A stretch of DNA of 64,000 bases from Thermoplasmata archaeon. Lineage in GTDB: Archaea; Thermoplasmatota; Thermoplasmata; Lutacidiplasmatales; UBA184. Position 1 is the first letter of the stretch. Every line of letters begins with the position of its first letter. Below the pieces are notes generated by a model. It saw nothing but the letters and a program-made list of their open reading frames with translations, was not told where the DNA came from and did no database searches. The position numbers and the translations under genes were made by a program. The stretch is taken from positions 25,882-89,881 of the forward strand of contig JAKASE010000005.1 of NCBI GenBank assembly GCA_021819135.1, written 5' to 3'. Positions 56,424-64,000 of this stretch are shown here, piece after piece.

Positions 56424-57552
56424 CGAGTTTCGCCGCGACGTTCACGAGGCTGATCGTCTCGTCCGCCCCCGCCTTTTGGAGCTTCGGCAGGGTCTTCGTG
56501 TGCTTCGCGACGGCGACGATGCGGAGCCCGGGCGCCATGCCCCGGGCGGTGAGGACCGTCAGGAGGTTCTCGGCATCCGACTCGAGCGCGACGACGAGCG
56601 CCCGCGCCCGTCCGATGCCCACCGTCCGCAGGACCTCTTCGGAGGACGGTTCTCCGAGATGGGTCCGGTATCCCTCCGAGCGCATCGCCTCGATCGCCGA
56701 GGCGTCGACCGAGAGGACGAGGGTGCGGACCCCGAGCTCGCGCAGTGCATCCGCGGTCGCCCGGGCCTCTCCGCCCGTCCCGCAGACGATGACGTGGTCC
56801 GAGAGCTCCTCCATCTGGGCCCGTTCGACGCGCGCGGAGATCGACCGCAGGCGGCGCTCGAGGAACGGCAGGAAAAGCACGACGACCGCGGTTAAGAACG
56901 TTCCGACCCCGAAGAGGATCAGGAGCACGGTGAACCAGTAGCCGGCCTCCCCGTTCGGCGAGTAGACCGAGCCGTTGGTCGAGATCGTGGCGACCGTGAA
57001 GTAGAGCGACTGGGTCCAGTTCTGGATCGGAGGCGTGAAGTCGTCGGCGAGGAGCCGGGAGCCGACCATCCCGAACAGGAGCGTGAGCAGCGCGGCCAGG
57101 AGGACGAAGAGCTCGGTCGACTCCGGACCGGTAGCGGTCCCCCGGTAGAATCCGGTGCGGTACGGGTAGAGGAACGAGACGTAGACGGTCGACGCGATCG
57201 CCGCCAGGATCGAGAAGGCGTTCGGACTGAGGGCGGCGATGAAGAGAGTGAGCCCGGGGGCGACGAGGGAGGCGATCCACGCCGCCGGGGTGCGGTCGCG
57301 CACCCGGAGCGCGAGGGCGAGCAAGAGGAGGCCCGCGATCGCGTCGAACGGGGGGTCGTACCCCGAGAGGAAGTCGCGGTAGACGTCGGGCTCTACGTAG
57401 ACGGCCGAGGCCAGCGCGAGGAGGAGGACGAGCGCACCGACCCCGCCGGTGAGCATCGCGAGCGCCGGCGCCCGGTAGACGATCGGGGGCCGCCTCCGGG
57501 CGGGGTCCGTCGAGCGCGCCGACCGGCCCACCCCCAACGCACCCGCCGTCAT
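56389..57552 (-). CDS. Kch/MthK-like ion channel (TM region + pore + RCK/TrkA-N) with atypical filter
   Basis: SLYFTVATIST pore helix, HVIVCG.G, D..NLLTVLTAR, KLQKAGAD. Confidence 0.85.
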   Translation of the reverse strand: MTAGALGVGRSARSTDPARRRPPIVYRAPALAMLTGGVGALVLLLALASAVYVEPDVYRDFLSGYDPPFDAIAGLLLLALALRVRDRTPAAWIASLVAPGLTLFIAALSPNAFSILAAIASTVYVSFLYPYRTGFYRGTATGPESTELFVLLAALLTLLFGMVGSRLLADDFTPPIQNWTQSLYFTVATISTNGSVYSPNGEAGYWFTVLLILFGVGTFLTAVVVLFLPFLERRLRSISARVERAQMEELSDHVIVCGTGGEARATADALRELGVRTLVLSVDASAIEAMRSEGYRTHLGEPSSEEVLRTVGIGRARALVVALESDAENLLTVLTARGMAPGLRIVAVAKHTKTLPKLQKAGADETISLVNVAAKLVSAAALERPAR

Positions 57553-57666
57553 TGTCGTGGTTCGCCGCTAGACATCCGGTCACAAAGCCCGTTCGGGCGA
57601 ACCGCGTCCGATCGGCCGACCGAAGGAACTCCAGGGCGCACGGGCGTGGGAAGGGCCCGGGCTCGC

Positions 57667-59382
57667 TCAGTCCTCGCGCGCCGCTTCGACGTAGTGGGGG
57701 TAGGTGGGGACCCACTGCGTCTTGACCACCCGCTCGCGGAGCTCCTCCGAGGTCGTCATCGGGGCGTGTCCGGTCCGCTGGGCCTCGAGCCCGACCGCGA
57801 CCGCGATCTCGACCGCCACGCGCCTCAGGTCGGAGACCGGCGGGAGCAGTGGGCCGGTCGGGTCCCGGATCGCCGGGGAGTGCTCGGCGAGCGTCCGCGC
57901 GGCGGCCCGGATCATCGAGTCGGTCACGCGACGGGCCTTGCTCGCGACGGTGCCGAGCCCGAGCGCCGGGAAGATGTACACGTTGTTGCACTGCGCGATC
58001 GGGTGGGTCTCCCCCTCGTACCGGACGGGCGGGAACGGCGAACCGGTCGCGATCACCGCCTTCCCGCCGGTCCAGGCGAGGAGGTCCTTCGGGACCGCCT
58101 CGGACTTCGAGGTCGGATTGGAGAGCGGGAAGATGACCGGCCGCTCGACCTGGGAGGCCATCTCCCGGACGAGGGGCTCGTCGAACGCCCCGGCGACGGT
58201 CGAGAGGCCGATCAAGAACGTCGGGTGGACGGCCTTCACGACCTCCGCGAGGCTCACGCGGTTCGGGTCGACGTGGGCAAAGGCGGCGACCTCCTCCCAG
58301 GGATGGGCGTACGGGCGCTGCTCGTCCTTGAGGTCCTCCCGGTTCGAGTGCACGAGCCCGCCCCGGTTCACGAGCCAGAAGCGGTCGCGCGCGACCTCCT
58401 CGGAGAGCGACCCCTCTACCATCGCCTCGCGGAGGATGTCGGCGACCCCCACGGCGGCGGCGCCCGCGCCGAAGACCACGACGCGCTGGCTCTCGACGGG
58501 GACGTGTGTGACGTGGGACGCGGCGAGCGCGGCCGCGAGCACGATCGCCCCGGTCCCCTGGATATCGTCGTTGAACGTCAGCAGTTTGTCCCGATAGGTG
58601 TCCAGGATCGGCCGCGCGTGGGCGGCGCCGAAGTCCTCCCACTGGAGCAGGGTCCCCGGGAGCTCCTGCCGCACCGCGAGGACGAACCGCGAAATGAAGT
58701 CGTCATACGCCGGTCCGGTGATCCGCTCGTGGCGCCAGCCCAGGTACTCCGGGTCGTGGAGCGCGTCGACGTTGTTCGTCCCGACATCGAGCACGATCGG
58801 AAGGGTGCGCTGCGGATGGATGCCGCCGATGAGCGTGTAGAGCGAGAGCTTGCCGATCGGGATCCCGAGGCCCCCGACGCCCTGGTCCCCGATCCCGAGG
58901 ATCCGCTCCCCGTCGGTCACGACGATGACGTCGACCTCGGGGTTCGGTCGGTGCTGGAGCAGGCGTCGGATCGAGTCGCGGAGCGGATAGGGGATGAACA
59001 TCCCCCGGGGCCGTCGGTAGATGTGGCTGAACTCGGTGCACCCCTGGGCGACCACCGGGGTGTACACCACCGGCATCATCTCCTCCATGTGGTCGAGCAG
59101 GAGACGGTAGAACAGGACCTCGTTCGTGTCCTGCAGCGCCCTCAGGTAGATGTGCCGCTCGAGATCGTCGGTCTTGCGGCGGAACGCGTCGTACGCCCGG
59201 GTTGCCTGCTGTTCGAGCGTCTCGATCTGCGGCGGGAGGAGCCCGTGAAGGCCGAGGGCCGTGCGCTCCTCCTCGGTGAACGCCGTCCCCTTGTTGAGGA
59301 GCGGCTGCGCGAGGAGCTCCATCCCTCGGGCCCGAGGGAGTGGATGTGGGGTCTCCATGGCGGTACCCACGCTCCGAGCCAT
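57667..59382 (-). CDS. maeA: NAD-dependent malic enzyme (SfcA/MaeA type)
   Basis: NKGTAF, VTDGERILGIGDQG, QWEDF, FNDDIQGTG, GAGAA, LSNPT, QCNNVYIFP. Start 59358-59394. Confidence 0.95.
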   Translation of the reverse strand: MARSVGTAMETPHPLPRARGMELLAQPLLNKGTAFTEEERTALGLHGLLPPQIETLEQQATRAYDAFRRKTDDLERHIYLRALQDTNEVLFYRLLLDHMEEMMPVVYTPVVAQGCTEFSHIYRRPRGMFIPYPLRDSIRRLLQHRPNPEVDVIVVTDGERILGIGDQGVGGLGIPIGKLSLYTLIGGIHPQRTLPIVLDVGTNNVDALHDPEYLGWRHERITGPAYDDFISRFVLAVRQELPGTLLQWEDFGAAHARPILDTYRDKLLTFNDDIQGTGAIVLAAALAASHVTHVPVESQRVVVFGAGAAAVGVADILREAMVEGSLSEEVARDRFWLVNRGGLVHSNREDLKDEQRPYAHPWEEVAAFAHVDPNRVSLAEVVKAVHPTFLIGLSTVAGAFDEPLVREMASQVERPVIFPLSNPTSKSEAVPKDLLAWTGGKAVIATGSPFPPVRYEGETHPIAQCNNVYIFPALGLGTVASKARRVTDSMIRAAARTLAEHSPAIRDPTGPLLPPVSDLRRVAVEIAVAVGLEAQRTGHAPMTTSEELRERVVKTQWVPTYPHYVEAARED

Positions 59383-59489
59383 CGTCTGCGACATCGGCGG
59401 CCTGCCATAAACCGCCCCCCGGGAGGGAAGTATCCGCGGTGAAGGCGGCTTGACGCGCGGGCCGCCGGTCCCGGGAGGCGCCGGACCGG

Positions 59490-60248
59490 CTACGCAGACC
59501 TCGACCGACCCCCGCCCGGGGCCGGCGGTCCGAGGGGGGTCTCGCGGAGCGGCATCCGCTCAGCGGGCCGCTCGGCGGTCGCGAACAGCTCGAGGTACGG
59601 GATCAGCGTGGCCACGATGCGGTTCTCCGCCTTCCTTAGGTGCTCCTCGTAGGTCGTCCGGCCGATGCCCATCGACGCGGCGATCTCCTCGGTCGTCGTC
59701 TGCCGGGGGGAGCTGTAGTACCCCCGCCGGTAGGCCGAGAGCAGCGCCTCGGACTGCTTGGTCGTGAGGTCCCCGAAGATCACGTTCGTCCAGACGCTGG
59801 TCGGTAGCACACTGATCGAGAGCTCCCGCTTCTTGACGAGCTCCGCCGAGCCCCGGGCGCGAAGGTCCTGGTAGAGGTCTCGGGTCCGGGCCGCGTCGAA
59901 GCTGATCACGCGGAAGTGGGCCCAACCGTCCCGGTAGACGACCGGAGGTGCGTCCCAGCACTGGTGCTCCGAGATCAGGTTCCAGACGCTGTGGGGGTAC
60001 CGATCGCACGTGCACTCGAGCAGAAAGATCCGGGCGGCCCGGGCGTCGACCCACTCCCGGACGACGCGGCCGGCCTTCCGGATCGAGCGCGTGACGGTCT
60101 CGAGCACCTCGGGGTCCCGAGTCGGCACTTGAAGGAGTTCCCGGTTCCAGAGACACCACATCGAGATCGGTACCCCCGGCACCCGGCGGGACATCTCGAT
60201 GAACGGGTAGTCGTACGTCGCCCGCAGCGCGACTTCCCACAGGCCCAT
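59490..60248 (-). CDS. HTH_10 (bacterio-opsin activator-type) transcriptional regulator
   Basis: LTTKQ.EAL..AY..GYY..PR..T.EEIA..MGI...TY.EHLRKAE. Confidence 0.9.
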   Translation of the reverse strand: MGLWEVALRATYDYPFIEMSRRVPGVPISMWCLWNRELLQVPTRDPEVLETVTRSIRKAGRVVREWVDARAARIFLLECTCDRYPHSVWNLISEHQCWDAPPVVYRDGWAHFRVISFDAARTRDLYQDLRARGSAELVKKRELSISVLPTSVWTNVIFGDLTTKQSEALLSAYRRGYYSSPRQTTTEEIAASMGIGRTTYEEHLRKAENRIVATLIPYLELFATAERPAERMPLRETPLGPPAPGGGRSRSA

Positions 60249-60359
60249 GCGCGGGGTACCGAGGGGTGGGGTATACGGGTTCTCCCGTCGTACGACGGCC
60301 GCCGATGGCGGCCATTCGGGCTTGGCGCAGGACGGCCTGCTCGAACGGAGGAGACGACC

Positions 60360-60584
60360 ATGATGAACTGTCCAGAAGCGTGGGGCCCGAGGGGGAGACG
60401 TGCGTGCCGATACCCGGAGCTCGAAGCGTATCGCGCGCTCGAATACCCCCAAGAGTCCGCCGAATGGTGGCGGTCTCAGATCCTCGGGTCCCTCGACGGG
60501 CCGGCAACCCGGGCCCGACCCGCGGCGATACGCCTCTGGTCCGACCTGCAGCGGCTCGTTCCGGGGCGCCGAAGGACGGCCTAG
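60360..60584 (+). CDS. Small hypothetical protein (74 aa), LEYP.ES..W motif
   Basis: GGAGGAG RBS; shares a motif with 61059-61304. Confidence 0.65.
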   Translation: MMNCPEAWGPRGRRACRYPELEAYRALEYPQESAEWWRSQILGSLDGPATRARPAAIRLWSDLQRLVPGRRRTA

Positions 60585-60661
60585 CGGGGGGGCAGGAGGG
60601 CTTTCCGCTCGGCGACGTCGTGGCCAGGTATTTATGGAGCCATCGCCCTTTCTCGCTTCGA

Positions 60662-60814
60662 ATGTGCGATATCTCCGAGGAGGAGTACGCGGAGTACCTG
60701 CGATGGGTCGAAGCGGCCGTCGCGGAGCCGGCGGTACCCCGGCCCAGAGTGCGCCGCGCACCGGCCGGCACGCTCTCGGTCCCGGTGATCGACCCTGCGC
60801 TCGCTTCGGCGTAG
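60662..60814 (+). CDS. Small hypothetical protein (50 aa)
   Basis: TATTTATG box about 26 nt upstream of the ATG (leaderless geometry); MCDISEEEYAEYLRWVE. Confidence 0.55.
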   Translation: MCDISEEEYAEYLRWVEAAVAEPAVPRPRVRRAPAGTLSVPVIDPALASA

Positions 60815-61020
60815 AGCGGTTGGGGTCCAGCCCCGAGCGGCTCGGCCGACGGGCCGGAGGGACACGAGAGTTTCCCTCGCCGGAGCGCCCACCTCGCCGG
60901 CGGCCCGCAGGGTCTCGGCGGGAAGTGGGAAGCCGGGCCGCCTCCTGACTCGGCACCGTGGGATCGCTTGCCGCCGGCGATGGCATGAAAGGGTCCGGGT
61001 GCGATGCTATGGTGGCGTGG

Positions 61021-61058
61021 CGATGACTATTTATTTTCATTATTAACTATGTATATTG
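61021..61058 (+). promoter_or_regulatory. Strongly AT-rich promoter
   Basis: CTATTTATTTTCATTATTAACTATGTATATTG directly upstream of ATG 61059. Confidence 0.6.
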
Positions 61059-61304
61059 ATGACGGAGTACGAATGGGAGCCAGGACGATCGCCCACGACA
61101 CCGAGACCTGGGATCGCGCACCACCTGCGACGGGCCCGCCGGGACGTCGAGGTCTACGCTTCGCTCGAGTTCCCACGCGAGAGCCTCGGCTGGGTCCTCG
61201 ACGGGGGGCGAGCCACCGAGCGGAAGGGGGTCCGTGCGCCGAGCGACGACGCCCCGGATGGGCGGCGTTCCCCTACGCGAGCCCGTCGGTCCCGCAGTGA
61301 CTGA
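61059..61304 (+). CDS. Small hypothetical protein (81 aa), LEFP.ES..W motif
   Basis: Leaderless geometry behind the AT-rich promoter; paralogous motif with 60360-60584. Confidence 0.65.
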   Translation: MTEYEWEPGRSPTTPRPGIAHHLRRARRDVEVYASLEFPRESLGWVLDGGRATERKGVRAPSDDAPDGRRSPTRARRSRSD

Positions 61305-61398
61305 ATGAGGAAGACCACTCCTTCCTCCGGGCGGGCGGACGGCGCGGTCGCCGGGTGCGATTCGCCAGACGTATACGGCCGTCCGTGTGCCGTAGGGC

Positions 61399-63270
61399 AT
61401 GGTCGGCACCTTCCGCCGGCCGACGCTCGATGATTACGGGCTGATCGGCAACCTCCATACCGCGGCTCTCGTTTCTCGGTTCGGATCGATCGATTGGGCC
61501 TGCCTGCCCCGGTTCGCCTCCCCCAGCGTCTTCGCGCGCATCCTGGACCCCGAACGGGGAGGGTTCCAGTTGGTGCACCCGACCGTCCCCTGCCGCTCGC
61601 ACCAGGAGTACCGGCCATCGAGCTGCATCTTAGACACGACCTTCGACCTCGCCGGTGGAGGGCGACTGACGGTCTCCGACGGCATGCCGGTCGTTCCCGG
61701 GCTCAAGCCCGAGGGGGCGCCCATGATCCTTCGGGAGGTGATGGCCCACCGACGATCGGTGCCGATCGAGGTCCGGTTCGCGCCTCGGTTCGGGTACGCG
61801 GTGCGGATCCCGCGGCTGCGTCGGGTCCCCGGCGGCATCGAAGGGCTCGCGGGCGAGGAGCGCCTCCGGTGCACGCTCGCCCTCCCCTTCACGATCGAGG
61901 ATGGGTCCGCGGTGGCGCGCGGGACCCTCGCGGCGGGGGCGCGTCTCGAGATCGAGATCTACTGGGGCCGCCGCCGGCCGGTCACGACGGCATTCCCGAC
62001 CCTTCTCGACGGGACCGATCGGTTCTGGTCCTCGTGGGCGCACCACCCCGACGCGCCGTTCCACCGGTCGACCGGCCAACTTCACCGCTGGGTCGAGCGG
62101 TCCGAGCTCACGTTGAAGCTGCTTTCCCATGCCGACACCGGCGCGTTCGTCGCGGCGCCGACGACGAGCATTCCCGAGTGGCCCGGGGGAACGCGGAACT
62201 GGGACTACCGGTACGTCTGGATCCGGGACGCCGCATTCACCGGGAGCGCGATGCTCCGGCTAGGCCACGAGGCCGAGGCCCGCGCGTTCCTCCGCTGGGC
62301 GCTGCTCCGGCTCCACGACGATCCCGAGGGACGGCTTCGGGTCGTCTACGGGGCCCACGGGGAGAGCGATCTGGCCGAGCACGAGCTCCCGCACCTGCGG
62401 GGGCTCTGGGACTCGCGACCGGTGCGGATCGGGAACGGTGCGGCCCGGCAGTTCCAGCTCGACATCTACGGCGAGCTCCTGGACGCCGCGCTCCTCCTCG
62501 AGCGCGTCGACCCCTCGTTCCTCGTCGACCAAGCGGACGCCCTGGCCCGATTGGCCGACCAGGTGGTCGCGCTCTGGCGGCGCCCCGACCGGGGGATCTG
62601 GGAGATCCGGGGTCCTCCCCGGCACTACGTGCACTCCAAAGTGATGGCATGGGTGGCCCTCGACCGGGCGAACCGCCTCGCGCAAAGCGGCTCCATAGGC
62701 CGTCCCTCCCCGGCGTGGGAACCCGAGTTGGAGCGCATCCGATCCTGGATCCTCTCCGAAGGCTATGACCCCGAGCGGCGGAGCTTCCGGCAGGCGCAGG
62801 ACTCGACCGAGACCGACGCGGCGAACCTGCGGATCCCCCTGGTCGGTTTCCTGCCGGCGGACGACCCTCGGGTCGAGGGGACGGTGCGCCGGGTCCGCCG
62901 GGAGATCTCGCGCGGGCCGTTCGTGTACCGCTACCGGGCACCGGACGGGATCGCCGGGAAGGAGGGCGCGTTCCTCGCGACCTCGTTCTGGATGGTGGAA
63001 TGCCTCGCCCGGGGAGGTCGCGTCCGGGAGGCCCGGGCCGCATGGGACCGGCTCATCGAATGCGCGAACCCCCTCGGGCTCTTCTCGGAGGAGTTCGACC
63101 CGGTCCGCCATAGACGTCTCGGCAACTTCCCGCAGGCCCTCACGCACATCGCGCTTCTTCGCGCAGCCTCGGCCCTCGGGAAGCCCGCTCCCACCGCCCG
63201 GTCGGTTCCTGGATCGTCGACCCGTTCCCGCCGCTCCGGGGCCCGGATTCGCCGCCGCGCTCGACGGTGA
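61399..63270 (+). CDS. GH15 glycoside hydrolase (trehalase/glucoamylase-like, bacterial type)
   Basis: DYGLIGNLHTAALV, SIDWACLPRF, RNWDYRYVWIRD, QLDIYGE, D.GIWEIRG, EGAF, GLFSEE, GNFPQA.TH. Confidence 0.93.
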   Translation: MVGTFRRPTLDDYGLIGNLHTAALVSRFGSIDWACLPRFASPSVFARILDPERGGFQLVHPTVPCRSHQEYRPSSCILDTTFDLAGGGRLTVSDGMPVVPGLKPEGAPMILREVMAHRRSVPIEVRFAPRFGYAVRIPRLRRVPGGIEGLAGEERLRCTLALPFTIEDGSAVARGTLAAGARLEIEIYWGRRRPVTTAFPTLLDGTDRFWSSWAHHPDAPFHRSTGQLHRWVERSELTLKLLSHADTGAFVAAPTTSIPEWPGGTRNWDYRYVWIRDAAFTGSAMLRLGHEAEARAFLRWALLRLHDDPEGRLRVVYGAHGESDLAEHELPHLRGLWDSRPVRIGNGAARQFQLDIYGELLDAALLLERVDPSFLVDQADALARLADQVVALWRRPDRGIWEIRGPPRHYVHSKVMAWVALDRANRLAQSGSIGRPSPAWEPELERIRSWILSEGYDPERRSFRQAQDSTETDAANLRIPLVGFLPADDPRVEGTVRRVRREISRGPFVYRYRAPDGIAGKEGAFLATSFWMVECLARGGRVREARAAWDRLIECANPLGLFSEEFDPVRHRRLGNFPQALTHIALLRAASALGKPAPTARSVPGSSTRSRRSGARIRRRARR

Positions 63271-63377
63271 CGTTTCGGGCGTCCCTCGGTCCCGCCCGCG
63301 GTCCGGTCGTCCTCCCCCGATCCATTCCCTGTCCGATACCTCACCGATATGAGCCGGAGACCGTCCCGGCCGGCCGT

Positions 63378-63965
63378 ATGTCCGCCGCCCCGGCACCCGT
63401 TGCACGCTCGGCCCAGGTCACGATCTTACATCGCGGGTACGTCGGTCGTCGGGTCGCCTCGACCGTGTCGTACGTGGAGGACGGAGCGGCCCGCATCATC
63501 ATCGACCCCGGCATGGTCGCGCGGGACTCGGCGATCCTCGAACCGCTCGCTCGTCTACGGGTCCGGCCCGCGTCGATCACCGACGTGATCCTCTCCCACC
63601 ACCATCCCGACCACACGCTCCGGACCGCCTTGTTCCCGCTGGCTCGGGTGCACGACCATTGGGCCATCTACGAGGGGGACCGGTGGATCAGCCGACCGGC
63701 CGAGGGGTTCTCGGTCTCGCCGTCGGTCCGCCTGTGGGAGACCCCGGGCCACACCCCCCAGGACATCACGACCCTGGTCGGCACCCCGCGTGAGGTGTTC
63801 GCATTCTCGCACCTCTGGTGGAACGCGCGGGGACCGACGCCCGATCCGCTCGCCGCCGACAATCGATCGATCCGGCGGCACCGACGCCGGGTGCTCGCGG
63901 TGGCCTCGACCATCGTCCCGGGGCACGGTGCGCCGTTCCGGGCGCGACGCGATCCCTCCCGCTGA
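63378..63965 (+). CDS. MBL-fold metallo-hydrolase
   Basis: IIDPG, SHHHPDH, TPGHT.QD, IVPGHG. Confidence 0.88.
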   Translation: MSAAPAPVARSAQVTILHRGYVGRRVASTVSYVEDGAARIIIDPGMVARDSAILEPLARLRVRPASITDVILSHHHPDHTLRTALFPLARVHDHWAIYEGDRWISRPAEGFSVSPSVRLWETPGHTPQDITTLVGTPREVFAFSHLWWNARGPTPDPLAADNRSIRRHRRRVLAVASTIVPGHGAPFRARRDPSR

Positions 63966-64000
63966 ACCGGGTTCGTCCCTCCGACCGCACCCCCTGCCCA

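Overview
GC-rich (roughly 70% by eye), densely coding window from an archaeon. Archaeal signs are an archaeal-type TpiA, TATA-box promoters with near-leaderless starts, an HTH_10 regulator, a RAD55/KaiC-like domain and CPxCG micro-proteins. A Thermoplasmatota origin is plausible but is inference only. Block 1 (0.6-20 kb) is a sulfur-oxidation island. It holds a complete shdrC1B1AHC2B2-lbpA-dsrE-lipoate ligase operon, a tusA-dsrE2-dsrE2-tusA-sqr-DUF1641 operon and an mrp-orf-dsrEFH-orf operon, bracketed by two divergent aprBA (APS reductase) paralogues. No sat, qmoABC, aprM, dsrAB/dsrC or lipS genes occur in the window. Three island promoters share a TGGAC-N4-GTCC palindrome, and AprB copy 2 has lost one Fe-S cysteine. 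Block 2 (20.5-41.7 kb) is a hybrid glycogen/trehalose cluster: GT4, GH57, GH15, ROK kinase, glgE, treS-mak, malQ, glgB, treZ and a DUF3536 GH57. Two of these genes appear to start at non-canonical ACG/CTG codons, and a CADD-type diiron enzyme sits on the opposite strand. Block 3 (42-64 kb) is housekeeping and accessory genes: acs, satP, malic enzyme, GNATs, zinc-ribbon micro-proteins, a membrane coiled-coil KaiC-like pseudo-ATPase, an RCK channel with a non-GYG filter, and paralogous small proteins beside an HTH_10 regulator. I saw no rRNA, tRNA, CRISPR or IS element. All calls come from motif recognition by eye; no searches were run.
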